Positions 18,989-27,681 of a stretch of DNA of 33,276 nucleotides are shown in pieces. The notes under the pieces are model-generated. The model ran no database searches. It was not told where the DNA came from and saw only the letters and a program-made list of their open reading frames with translations. This DNA comes from Clostridia bacterium (lineage in GTDB: Bacteria; CBDUZB01; JAGLHV01), in assembly GCA_030637025.1 (NCBI GenBank), contig DAOVVV010000027.1, forward strand, positions 1-33,276, given 5' to 3'. A program made the translations under genes and the position numbers. Each line of letters starts with the position of its first letter. Position 1 is the first letter of the stretch.

Positions 18989-19431
18989 AATCTTTTTCCC
19001 CTTCCATTCATAATTTCCCGTCTTGCAGACTAGCGGACAAACGCCATTCCCCTACTCCTCTTGCAATCTTTTATCTGTTGTTTATGGACTATACTTTCAA
19101 ACTCCCAAATTCAAATTTTCCGCCTTATCCACCAGTCTGTAAGGCGGATCTTTCTCTTTTAACTTTGTGCCTCTGTGCCTTGATGCCTTTGTGCCTGTAT
19201 TTTACATAATTAATAACTTATAAATATCTGTTTGTCTTTTGCTTTTTGTCTTTATCCGTAATCTATGGACTATCTGTTGCTGGAGCAAAGCGACAGTCCG
19301 CTCCACCTGAGGCGGATAAAGCGGATTCCTCAGTGCCTGTCTTTTTCTTTTAACTGTCTTTTCTTTTATCTTTTAACCAATCTAACTAATAAAACAAATC
19401 TAAACCAACTAACCGTTTTTTAACCGTCTTT
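18989..19431 (-). repeat. 431-bp repeat mosaic between atpE and atpA, overlapping the atpE stop
   Basis: 9-mer module 19373-19431, AAAGACAGTTAAAAGA 19346-19361, CCGCC palindromes 19297-19327 and 19119-19149, ATAGTCC modules at 19262 and 19083, AGGCACAA 8-mers 19164-19197, TTTGAA 7-mers 19095-19118. Confidence 0.85.
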
Positions 19432-20049
19432 AAAAAGCTTCCGGGCAATAGTTGCTCTGATTGAATTATCTAACCGTTTCATTCGGGCTTGAAAAGTATT
19501 ATCAAAGACAATTCTTTCATTTTGTGACTTAATAATTACCCCTAAATCATCAATCATTTCTTTAGTAGTTAAGTCTATTTTTACTTTAAATGAATATTTT
19601 TTATCCAATTCCGTTTCTACAGCGGAAATAAATTTTTTATCAACTATTTTCTTGTCCGCTTTATTAATTATAATTTTCACTTGATTTTCTTCCAGATTAA
19701 GAATCCCTTCAATAATAAATTGTTTTAACACTTCAGGATATCTTTTTGAGGTACTGAATATTTTCTTTTTTTTGTCTACACATTTTAAGACTTCATTAAT
19801 GATTTCTTCTTTTGCTTCTAACTCAATCTTTTTTATCTGAAAGGTGATTTCAGATAAAATCTTTTTTTCTAATAATTTTGATTCCACCTGAGCTTTACTA
19901 ATTATTTGTTTATAAATTTGTTCCGACTCTTTCTTCCCGTTGTTCAATCTTTGAAGAACTCTCTCTTTGGATTCGGATAAAATAGAATCTATTTCTTTTC
20001 GAGCTTCTTTTTCAATTTCAGAACAAATTAATTCCAAAGATTTATCCAT
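19420..20049 (-). CDS. atpE: V/A-type ATP synthase subunit E
   Basis: N-terminal coiled coil, LGVIIKS..ERIVFDNTFQARM; position in operon. Confidence 0.9.
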   Translation of the reverse strand: MDKSLELICSEIEKEARKEIDSILSESKERVLQRLNNGKKESEQIYKQIISKAQVESKLLEKKILSEITFQIKKIELEAKEEIINEVLKCVDKKKKIFSTSKRYPEVLKQFIIEGILNLEENQVKIIINKADKKIVDKKFISAVETELDKKYSFKVKIDLTTKEMIDDLGVIIKSQNERIVFDNTFQARMKRLDNSIRATIARKLFKDG

Positions 20050-20079
20050 TTTATGTTTTTTCTCCCCTAACTCTGCTTA

Positions 20080-20385
20080 TTATATTTTTATTCCAACCGC
20101 AGATTTTACCAGTTCAGCTATTGATTTTCTTCCGGGAAGAGGACCTTCCCAATCAGGAATTTCAATAACCAACGGTAAATTTATTTCATAAATATATTTT
20201 TCTACCTCGGCTTTAATTTGCCCGGCAATTTTTTCGGTAATGATAATAATTCCTACTTCCGGAGTCGCTGTAGCTATTTTAAAAGCCTCTTTTGATTCCG
20301 AAATAGTCTTTACAATCCTTCCTTCTACCCCTACTAATTTAAATCCCAGGACAGTATCTTCATCACCTATAACAAAAAATTTCAT
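20080..20385 (-). CDS. atpF: V/A-type ATP synthase subunit F
   Basis: VIGDEDTVLGFKLVGV, GIIIITE, PLVIEIPD, VKSAVG. Confidence 0.95.
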   Translation of the reverse strand: MKFFVIGDEDTVLGFKLVGVEGRIVKTISESKEAFKIATATPEVGIIIITEKIAGQIKAEVEKYIYEINLPLVIEIPDWEGPLPGRKSIAELVKSAVGIKI

Positions 20386-20409
20386 CTTTTTCCCCGTTAC
20401 TTATTAACA

Positions 20410-20653
20410 TAATGTCCAAAATGTTTGACATTTAGTTTCTAATTTTTCATTTATATTAAAATAAGTGCTTTTTATTTTGCGTGTCCGTACTTTATTTTGT
20501 CATTCCGCTTTGCCTGATCCGCCTGAGGCGGAGGATGATATGAAATCTATAATGTTCTTAAAATATCAATAGATTCCTGTTTTCACAGGAATGACAACAA
20601 CAGTATTTTAGTATATTTTAATGTAATCTCGTACTTATTCATTTTTGACATTA
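20410..20653. mobile_element. MITE/REPIN-like unit: GTCATTCC...GGAATGAC core (20498-20596) inside 14-bp inverted repeats, between atpK and atpF
   Basis: TAATGTCCAAAATG 20410-20423 vs CATTTTTGACATTA 20640-20653 (13/14); core matches 14181-14265. Confidence 0.6.
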
Positions 20654-20677
20654 CTCTTATTCAATTGCAGTCTCTCT

Positions 20678-21052
20678 TTACAGTTTTCCTAAAATCATAA
20701 TAGAAATAATTAAGCCGTAAATGGCAATTCCCTCTGCTAAACCCACAAAAATCAATGAACGGATAGCCAATTCCGGTTTTTCACTAATAGCGCCCATTGC
20801 GGCTGCTCCTACATAAGCAACAGCTATTCCAGCGCCTAAAGTTCCCATTCCTGTAGATATAGCTGCAGCTAAAAAACCCCAGCACATTACTTTCGGGTCA
20901 GTAGCAGGGGTTAATACTCCTCCACTGGTAGCGGCAGCAAGGACTTTAGTTACCATGAAACCTAAAATTATTACACTCAATCCACCTGTCCAATACAACA
21001 ATTTGTTTACTTTCTTTCTGAATTTGACAATTACTTCTTTTTTTTCCGACAT
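20678..21052 (-). CDS. atpK: V/A-type ATP synthase proteolipid subunit K/c (single hairpin with N-terminal extension)
   Basis: GAGIAVAYVGAAAMGAISEKPE, FVGLAEGIAIYG (ion-carrying Glu); GGAGG RBS. Confidence 0.93.
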   Translation of the reverse strand: MSEKKEVIVKFRKKVNKLLYWTGGLSVIILGFMVTKVLAAATSGGVLTPATDPKVMCWGFLAAAISTGMGTLGAGIAVAYVGAAAMGAISEKPELAIRSLIFVGLAEGIAIYGLIISIMILGKL

Positions 21053-21073
21053 TCTCCACCTCCGATTTTATTT

Positions 21074-23029
21074 TTATTTTCCAATGGGTATATATTTCTT
21101 CCCTTTTCCCTCAAAAAATTTAGAGAAAAACTCGTAATATTCTAGGCGAACACACTGAATGGTAACAACTAATCCTTCTAAAAGAATAATAAAAATATTT
21201 CCTAGAATAAGCACACCTACAGATAAAAAAGCCCCTCCTGTTTTTTCTTTTAAGATGTTTGCTAATGAAAAAACAGCAATAAATAAACCCGCATGAGCTA
21301 AAGCAAAAGCACCGATACGGACAAAAGATATTGTATTGGCTAAATAACCGACGAATATTTCAACAATTTCTACCATTATTTCCATCAGATAATTAGCTAT
21401 ACCTCCCGGGAAAAAATCCATTTCCTTTTTTAAAAATTTTAAAATTGGCCCTCTTAAAAAAAGCAACATCAACGGAATGCCGATTACCCCCATAATCATC
21501 CACGAATTTAAGGCAACTGAAGGCATTATAAGTTTTTTAGAAATGATTCCTATTCCTCCCCAATAAATAATTCCTCCCATTAGTCCTGATTTACCGAATA
21601 AACCTTCCTTAAAATTTTGATGAGATAAGTTATTAATAATATTAATAACAATTCCGCTACTGATTAATATTATACCAAAAATTACGGTTAATTTCAAAAA
21701 ACTCATAATATTATGTATAGGCCGCATCCAGAGCGGATTGATTATTTCAAATCCAAAAAAACTCCCAAACAAAAATCCAAAAAGAATAGATGTTCCCCCT
21801 CCATAAGTAATAAGTGCCGCCGCCTTGGCAATAGATTCTTTTTTACTTTTAAGTAAAAAAATACCGAGCAAAAAAAGCACCAGTCCGTGACCGATATCTC
21901 CGAACATTGCACCGAACATCAGCAAAAAAGTTATAGCTACCAATAATGTGGGATCCAGCGTTCCGTATTCCGGAAGACCGTAATTATTAATAAGCAACTC
22001 AAAGGGTTTAAGCAAGGAAGGACTAAATAATTTAACCGGAACCTGCACCTTTCCTTCTTTTACTGCTTTTATTTTGTTAACCGGGATTTCTTCAATGTAG
22101 CAACGGTCATTGGTTAATTTACGGACAATTTTTATTAATTTATCCTTTTCATCAAAAGGTATCCACCCGGAAACCAAATAAGTATGTTGTGTTTTCTTAA
22201 AATAATTTTTAGCTTTAACCGTTAATTGATTCATTGCTATATTTTTTGATAAATTTATCAACGGAAAAGAGTATTTTTCTTTTAAAGCGTTGATTTTTTT
22301 TTCTGTTTTTTCCAGTGCTGTTTTTTTTTGCTCTAAATCATCTTTTATCTTTTTTTGAATATCACCGGAAATACCGGATATTTCTTCGGGTTTTTCCACT
22401 TTTTCAAAAGGAGTAATTTGAATAATTTTCTCCAGAATCGCTTTGTTGTTTTTAAGAACCGCAATAAAAACTAAAATTTTATTTTTCTCACTACGGAAAG
22501 GAATAATTAAATTAGGTATTGATTCCAGTTCGTTTTTTATTTTGGAAAAATCTTTGTTTTCTACCCATCCGGTAAGAATATTTAAAAAAGAATATTTTCT
22601 TGTCGCAGAAATCCTTAATATATCCAGGGGTAAAGGTATTAATTGTTTATAAATTTCCTGATGTTTTATTGTTTTTAGTTTTTCGTCTTCCTGTTTCACA
22701 AATAGAGGATTTAGTTTTAGTTCTATTTCTTCAATAATTTTTTGTGCTTCCATATCATCAAATGGTTTTATTTCTTCTTCATGGATTTTTGTTTTATCTT
22801 CGTCTATTCCCATTTTTTTTATAATTTCTTTTATTCTTTTAGCCAAAGGATTATGCCGTTCATTAATCACTTCTGTATTTACTGTATTTAAATTCCCTGT
22901 CCAATCCTGCAAAGAATTGATTTTCAACAAATGTAATAGCTTTAGATTAATAATTTCTTTAGTAATTATATCTATATCCTTGTTCATGACAACAATATTT
23001 ATTTGTTCCATTTTGGCTGATTTTAGCAT
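21074..23029 (-). CDS. atpI: V/A-type ATP synthase subunit I/a
   Basis: GWIP, PFELL..YGLP.YGTLDPT, FGAMFGDIGHG, NTISFVRIGAFALAH (essential Arg), RLEYYEFFSKF. Confidence 0.95.
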   Translation of the reverse strand: MLKSAKMEQINIVVMNKDIDIITKEIINLKLLHLLKINSLQDWTGNLNTVNTEVINERHNPLAKRIKEIIKKMGIDEDKTKIHEEEIKPFDDMEAQKIIEEIELKLNPLFVKQEDEKLKTIKHQEIYKQLIPLPLDILRISATRKYSFLNILTGWVENKDFSKIKNELESIPNLIIPFRSEKNKILVFIAVLKNNKAILEKIIQITPFEKVEKPEEISGISGDIQKKIKDDLEQKKTALEKTEKKINALKEKYSFPLINLSKNIAMNQLTVKAKNYFKKTQHTYLVSGWIPFDEKDKLIKIVRKLTNDRCYIEEIPVNKIKAVKEGKVQVPVKLFSPSLLKPFELLINNYGLPEYGTLDPTLLVAITFLLMFGAMFGDIGHGLVLFLLGIFLLKSKKESIAKAAALITYGGGTSILFGFLFGSFFGFEIINPLWMRPIHNIMSFLKLTVIFGIILISSGIVINIINNLSHQNFKEGLFGKSGLMGGIIYWGGIGIISKKLIMPSVALNSWMIMGVIGIPLMLLFLRGPILKFLKKEMDFFPGGIANYLMEIMVEIVEIFVGYLANTISFVRIGAFALAHAGLFIAVFSLANILKEKTGGAFLSVGVLILGNIFIILLEGLVVTIQCVRLEYYEFFSKFFEGKGKKYIPIGK

Positions 23030-24075
23030 TTAAGTTTCCCCTGAATTTCGGTTGGTGTTATTTTGTATATTTTACTGTAAAGCAAAGAAACTATGTTTTT
23101 CAATTCCGCTTGTTTTAAAATCAAATAAGCAAGGATAGTTCCTATACTAAAAGGATATTTTCCCAAAGAATGTTTTGCTTCTTTTATCAATGCTTCCCAT
23201 AAAATTTTTTCCATCAAGAATACAGATGATTTATCTTTCGTCTCTTTTGTAAATACATTTAATTTTTCATACGGTTTTACAGCAAAAAATTGCAACATGC
23301 TTTTTATATCACCGGTAAAAGGTTTTAAAGATTTTAATTGACCGGTTTTGTATCCGTGAGGAATTATATAATCAGTTAATTCTTTTACTGAAGAAGAAAC
23401 AGAATAATAATATTGTTTAAAGCGAACAATTGCAAGAAGATTCTCTATATCTATTTCTATCCCCACTAATTTTAAGGATATACGGCGGTCCGAAGAAGCA
23501 AGTAAATTGATGTTTTTATATAAACGCTGATAATAATCTATATCCAGAGCTGTTTCCAGATAAAAAAGACTTTTTTTCTCTTTAAATTGCTCCAGTGCTT
23601 TTAATAGCACATCCTGATATGGGGTTTTATTCAATAATAAAATTAGTTCTTCTATGCTTTCCGCCTCAAGAATTTTTGTTACCGGAATAGAATAACAAAT
23701 CTTTTCTTTAAAAATGTATTTTTCCTCATCAACTTCTTTTCGATACCAGCACCGGATAACATTTTTAAGATTTTCAATTTCCAGTTTATTAAGCATTAAA
23801 AAAACTAATTGATAAGACGCTCCCCGTAAATTTCGTAGTAATTTAAAATAGGTTTGTATATGATTTTTAAACAATTCAAATTCAATCATTCCCAAATCAG
23901 AAGTGGAACTATACATAGAAAAAATATCAGCATAATTACTTTCTCTTAAAATATCCCAAAATTCATCTACATCTTTGCTATGGATAAGAGTATCTATGGT
24001 TTCGGCCGAAAGCATAGAACCTAACATTGCCCGCACCTTAGCATTAATAAAAGCATATTTTCCTATTGAGTTCAT
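23023..24075 (-). CDS. atpC: V/A-type ATP synthase subunit C/d
   Basis: YAFINAKVRAM, EIENLKNVIR, LETALD..YY, GIEIDIENL, ILAYLILKQAELKN. Confidence 0.92.
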   Translation of the reverse strand: MNSIGKYAFINAKVRAMLGSMLSAETIDTLIHSKDVDEFWDILRESNYADIFSMYSSTSDLGMIEFELFKNHIQTYFKLLRNLRGASYQLVFLMLNKLEIENLKNVIRCWYRKEVDEEKYIFKEKICYSIPVTKILEAESIEELILLLNKTPYQDVLLKALEQFKEKKSLFYLETALDIDYYQRLYKNINLLASSDRRISLKLVGIEIDIENLLAIVRFKQYYYSVSSSVKELTDYIIPHGYKTGQLKSLKPFTGDIKSMLQFFAVKPYEKLNVFTKETKDKSSVFLMEKILWEALIKEAKHSLGKYPFSIGTILAYLILKQAELKNIVSLLYSKIYKITPTEIQGKLKC

Positions 24076-24120
24076 TGTTTAATACTACCCTTTTGTATAT
24101 TTTGTGCCATCTGCGTTCTC

Positions 24121-24444
24121 TTAAGATTCTACTTTAACTATTTTTTCAAAAACCTCACTGGCTGTTTCTTCTGTTTCCTTCATTTTCGCTGTTTTAAATC
24201 CGACAAAATAAGCTGCTGATTTTTTAATTTCTTCGTCTGTTTTTTTCCTGGCCTGTTCTTGTGCGTCTTTGATCATTTCCTTCGCCTTTAAAACAGCTTT
24301 TTCTTTTGTTTCCTTTAATAAAGTCTCATTCTGTCTTTTTGCTTCATATACCATCTTTTCTGCTTGTTCACGTGCATCTTCAATACTTTTTCCGGAATTA
24401 TTCTCTACTTCCAGTATTTTATCAATAACCTCTTTCAATTTCAT
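24121..24444 (-). CDS. V/A-type ATP synthase peripheral stalk subunit G/H
   Basis: 107-aa charged coiled coil (VIDKILEVE...IEDAREQAE) at the head of the operon; AAGGAG RBS. Confidence 0.8.
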   Translation of the reverse strand: MKLKEVIDKILEVENNSGKSIEDAREQAEKMVYEAKRQNETLLKETKEKAVLKAKEMIKDAQEQARKKTDEEIKKSAAYFVGFKTAKMKETEETASEVFEKIVKVES

Positions 24445-24449
24445 CTCCT

Positions 24450-25706
24450 TTATTTTTTATATAAATTTATTTCCTCTTTATTTTTGTAATAAAAATAAAA
24501 AATACTGATATAACTAATAATGGAAATAAATAATAGGGCTATTGAAACGATGATATCAAGCATTTGAAACGATATTGACCAGTTTGATAAACCAATAGTT
24601 CCAAATGTCGAGTAAAAAAATGACGAAATATAAATCGGTATTGCCAAAAACGCGGTGCAAATCATAATCATGGTTAGATATTTTAAAAGAAAAATTTTAA
24701 TAAAAACTATTGTTTTTTTTATTGATTTTAAAAAATCCAATTTTTCTGTAGTAATAATAAACGGCGTCATCAAAATAATAACGCTCAGTAGAGGCATTAA
24801 AAAAGATGAAGATACTTTTTTAATGCTGTCTAATAATTTAAATGATACCGGGGGTATTCCCGTAAGTAAATATTGTATTGTTTGTCCGAATTCTGAAAGA
24901 GAAAAAATGTAAGTAATTAAGACTAATAATACTTTGAAAACAAATAATTTCTTAAAAACCGAAAATGAATCACTTAATACTTCTTTCAAAGAATATATCT
25001 TGTTTTCAAAAATCCCATTCAAACTTAACAGAATTGCTGCTTCTAAGATTGAAAAAAGCAATAAGCCGGAAAAACTTAATACAATCATTATCCCTGTTGT
25101 GGTTAATAAAAGAATAGTATTACTTTTTATCTTAATATTCAGAATGACTAAAACAATAAAAAAAAGAATTGCAAATAAAGAATACTTCATTTGTCTGCTG
25201 AAAGAATCTACATCAATTTTATTTTTAACGTCTACGAATTTGAGTATTTTTTTATGAACAATTTTATATATTAATAAATAACCGATAATACCAAGAAAAA
25301 ACAGAAAATTCCCTGCTATAAAACCTGAAAAACCATAATCTAAATATAATGGTGCTTTAATTAAAGCACCTAATGATTTTACCATGACTGATAGGACATT
25401 TATACTTTGAGAAGTTCTAAATGCAGAATTTAAAACACACGGATATTTAAGATAATAATAAATCCAAACCGTGATTTTATAAAAACAATTTGCCAGAATA
25501 AAAATGAAAGGCAGAACAAACAACCATGTATTATTTTTTAAGATCAACAGGGATTTTTTAAAAATATCAAAGATTTCATTAAAATTCTTAAAACCGGTAA
25601 AGGAAGTGCCGGGAAGCTTTTTAGCCATTTTTTGATGGATAAAATAAGCTATTAGATAGATTAAAAGAGCTATTCCCACTATGTTCATAAATAATACTTC
25701 TTTCAT
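24450..25706 (-). CDS. Hypothetical polytopic membrane protein
   Basis: 418-aa ORF with many hydrophobic segments; no family motif recognised. Confidence 0.8.
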   Translation of the reverse strand: MKEVLFMNIVGIALLIYLIAYFIHQKMAKKLPGTSFTGFKNFNEIFDIFKKSLLILKNNTWLFVLPFIFILANCFYKITVWIYYYLKYPCVLNSAFRTSQSINVLSVMVKSLGALIKAPLYLDYGFSGFIAGNFLFFLGIIGYLLIYKIVHKKILKFVDVKNKIDVDSFSRQMKYSLFAILFFIVLVILNIKIKSNTILLLTTTGIMIVLSFSGLLLFSILEAAILLSLNGIFENKIYSLKEVLSDSFSVFKKLFVFKVLLVLITYIFSLSEFGQTIQYLLTGIPPVSFKLLDSIKKVSSSFLMPLLSVIILMTPFIITTEKLDFLKSIKKTIVFIKIFLLKYLTMIMICTAFLAIPIYISSFFYSTFGTIGLSNWSISFQMLDIIVSIALLFISIISYISIFYFYYKNKEEINLYKK

Positions 25707-25807
25707 TTTCTTTTTTTCCTTTAAATAGTTTGCATTTTTTTTGTCTTTTAGTTTAAGTTTCTATTTCTTGTTTTTTTGAATTCATAATTCCTATGTCTGT
25801 TGTCTTT

Positions 25808-25834
25808 ATTCTGTTATCTATGGACTATGGACTA
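25808..25834 (-). repeat. ATAGTCC heptamer module downstream of mutL
   Basis: Minus strand TAGTCCATAGTCCATAGATAACAGAA, same as the module after smpB. Confidence 0.8.
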
Positions 25835-25854
25835 AATCTGTTTTTGTCTCTTGT

Positions 25855-27681
25855 CTATATCCTCTTAAACTTCCTATCTAATTCTTCTTCGGTGATTTCT
25901 ATTATTATAGGTCGGCCATGTGGACAGGTAAACGGGTTTTTTGTTCTTTTTAAATCTTCCACTAATTTTTCTATTTCCCTGCTTCCTAATGAATCTTTTG
26001 CTCTTATTGCCGTATGGCAGGCGGTTCTTATAATACGGTCGGTTATTTCATCGCTAAGTTCGATTTCTTTTTTAACGGTTCCTAATTCTAATAAGCGATC
26101 TAAAACATCCTGAATAATCTGTTTATTATTTTTATCTCCCAAAAGTGCCGGTATTCCTTTTACTTTAAAATCATTAGCCCCGAATTCTTCGATTTGAAAC
26201 CCTATTTTATTGAGATAAGTAACGTTTTTTTTTACTACTACACTTTGGCTGGGAGAAAGTTCAATAGTAAAAGGAATAAGTAATCCCTGAATAGAAACGG
26301 CCTCTTTGCTAATTTCTTCTTTAAACTGTTCGTAAACTATGCGCTCAGAAGCAGCATGCTGATCAATTACCAGTAAATTTCTTCCTTTTTGTGCCAGAAT
26401 ATATTTATTGCTCATCTGCGCCAGGGGTTGTATCTGAATATCAATAAGTAATCCTTCTTTTTCTTCTTTTGAATTTGAATAAACAAATTTCTTAGGTTGG
26501 GATAAATCCTGTTTTGATAAATTTTGTTTGTTAATATTCGCAAAAAAATTCTTCCGGTCAACTGAAGAACGAAATGTTTTATTCGGTTTAGTCATATAAT
26601 CAGCAATACATTCTTTTATTCCCCTGTCCCGTTGATTAAACTGGTTGGGTAACGGCTGATATTTAACATTGGCGGAGAATTCCCCCCGTTGCAATGATTT
26701 TTTTATTTCTTCGGCTAATAAAGAATGTATCGCCTGCTCATTAATAAAACGGATTTCCGATTTGGCAGGATGAACATTTACATCAATCAGGGATGGTTCT
26801 ATTCGGATAAACAGAAATATCGCCGGATACCTTTTAGGAGGAATTATATTTAAATAAGCACTATAGATAGCATGGCTGAGTAATCTTGACCCGATAAAGC
26901 GATTATTTACAAAAATTAATTGTCGGTTTCGATTAGAAAAAGTACTGGAAGGAGGAGAAATAAAACCTCTGACGGATAAAAAATTATTAGAAAAACTTAA
27001 ACTTTTTAGTCTGCTAAAAAACTGATTTCCGTATAATGCCACCAATCGATCAGCAGGGTTTTTAATTCGAGGAACATTGATTAATTCCTTTCCTTCACTG
27101 ATTAGTTTAAAAGCAACCTCATAAAAAGATAAAGCCATACTTTCTACTATTTTACTGATATGGTCTATTTCGGTAGTATTAGACTTTAAAAACTTTCTTC
27201 TTGCCGGAGTATTAAAAAACAATTCTTCTACATCAATTTGCGTCCCTTCCGGACAACCCGCTTCTTTTATTGCTTCTTCCTTTCCTCCGACGGAAATAAT
27301 TTGATTTCCGGCTAAAGAACCCTTTGTTTTAGTAAATAATTTAATTTTAGAAACAGCGGCAATACTGGGCACAGCTTCACCTCTAAACCCCAGAGAAGTT
27401 ATTTTTTCCAAATCTTCGGCCCGGGTAATTTTACTGGTTGCATAACGATGAAAAACCAGGGGTAAATCCTGCCTGCTTATTCCTTCTCCGTTATCAGTAA
27501 CCCTGATTAAACCTTTACCTCCACCCTTTATTTCTACCAGTATTTGAGTGGCTCCGGCATCCAGGGAATTTTCCATTAATTCTTTAACTACCGAAGCCGG
27601 ACGCGATACTATTTCTCCGGCAGCAATTTTGTTTACAACCTCAGTAGATAAACTTTTTATTTTATTAGGCATTATTTTCAC
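25855..27681 (-). CDS. mutL: DNA mismatch repair endonuclease MutL (likely start ATG 27672)
   Basis: NKIAAGE, VKELMENSLDA, GFRGEA, DVNVHPAKSE; endonuclease motifs DQHAASERIVYE, ACH, CPHGRP. Confidence 0.97.
   Translation of the reverse strand: MKIMPNKIKSLSTEVVNKIAAGEIVSRPASVVKELMENSLDAGATQILVEIKGGGKGLIRVTDNGEGISRQDLPLVFHRYATSKITRAEDLEKITSLGFRGEAVPSIAAVSKIKLFTKTKGSLAGNQIISVGGKEEAIKEAGCPEGTQIDVEELFFNTPARRKFLKSNTTEIDHISKIVESMALSFYEVAFKLISEGKELINVPRIKNPADRLVALYGNQFFSRLKSLSFSNNFLSVRGFISPPSSTFSNRNRQLIFVNNRFIGSRLLSHAIYSAYLNIIPPKRYPAIFLFIRIEPSLIDVNVHPAKSEIRFINEQAIHSLLAEEIKKSLQRGEFSANVKYQPLPNQFNQRDRGIKECIADYMTKPNKTFRSSVDRKNFFANINKQNLSKQDLSQPKKFVYSNSKEEKEGLLIDIQIQPLAQMSNKYILAQKGRNLLVIDQHAASERIVYEQFKEEISKEAVSIQGLLIPFTIELSPSQSVVVKKNVTYLNKIGFQIEEFGANDFKVKGIPALLGDKNNKQIIQDVLDRLLELGTVKKEIELSDEITDRIIRTACHTAIRAKDSLGSREIEKLVEDLKRTKNPFTCPHGRPIIIEITEEELDRKFKRI

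Noticed and set aside
14949-19431. CRISPR array in the repeat-rich spacers
   Set aside because: Units are 7-9 nt or palindromes without constant-length unique spacers, and there are no cas genes.
25793-26113. Plus-strand ORF containing MDYGL, also seen at the start of ORF 30941-31168
   Set aside because: The shared peptide is the antisense reading of the ATAGTCC heptamer; both ORFs are antisense to mutL or miaB.
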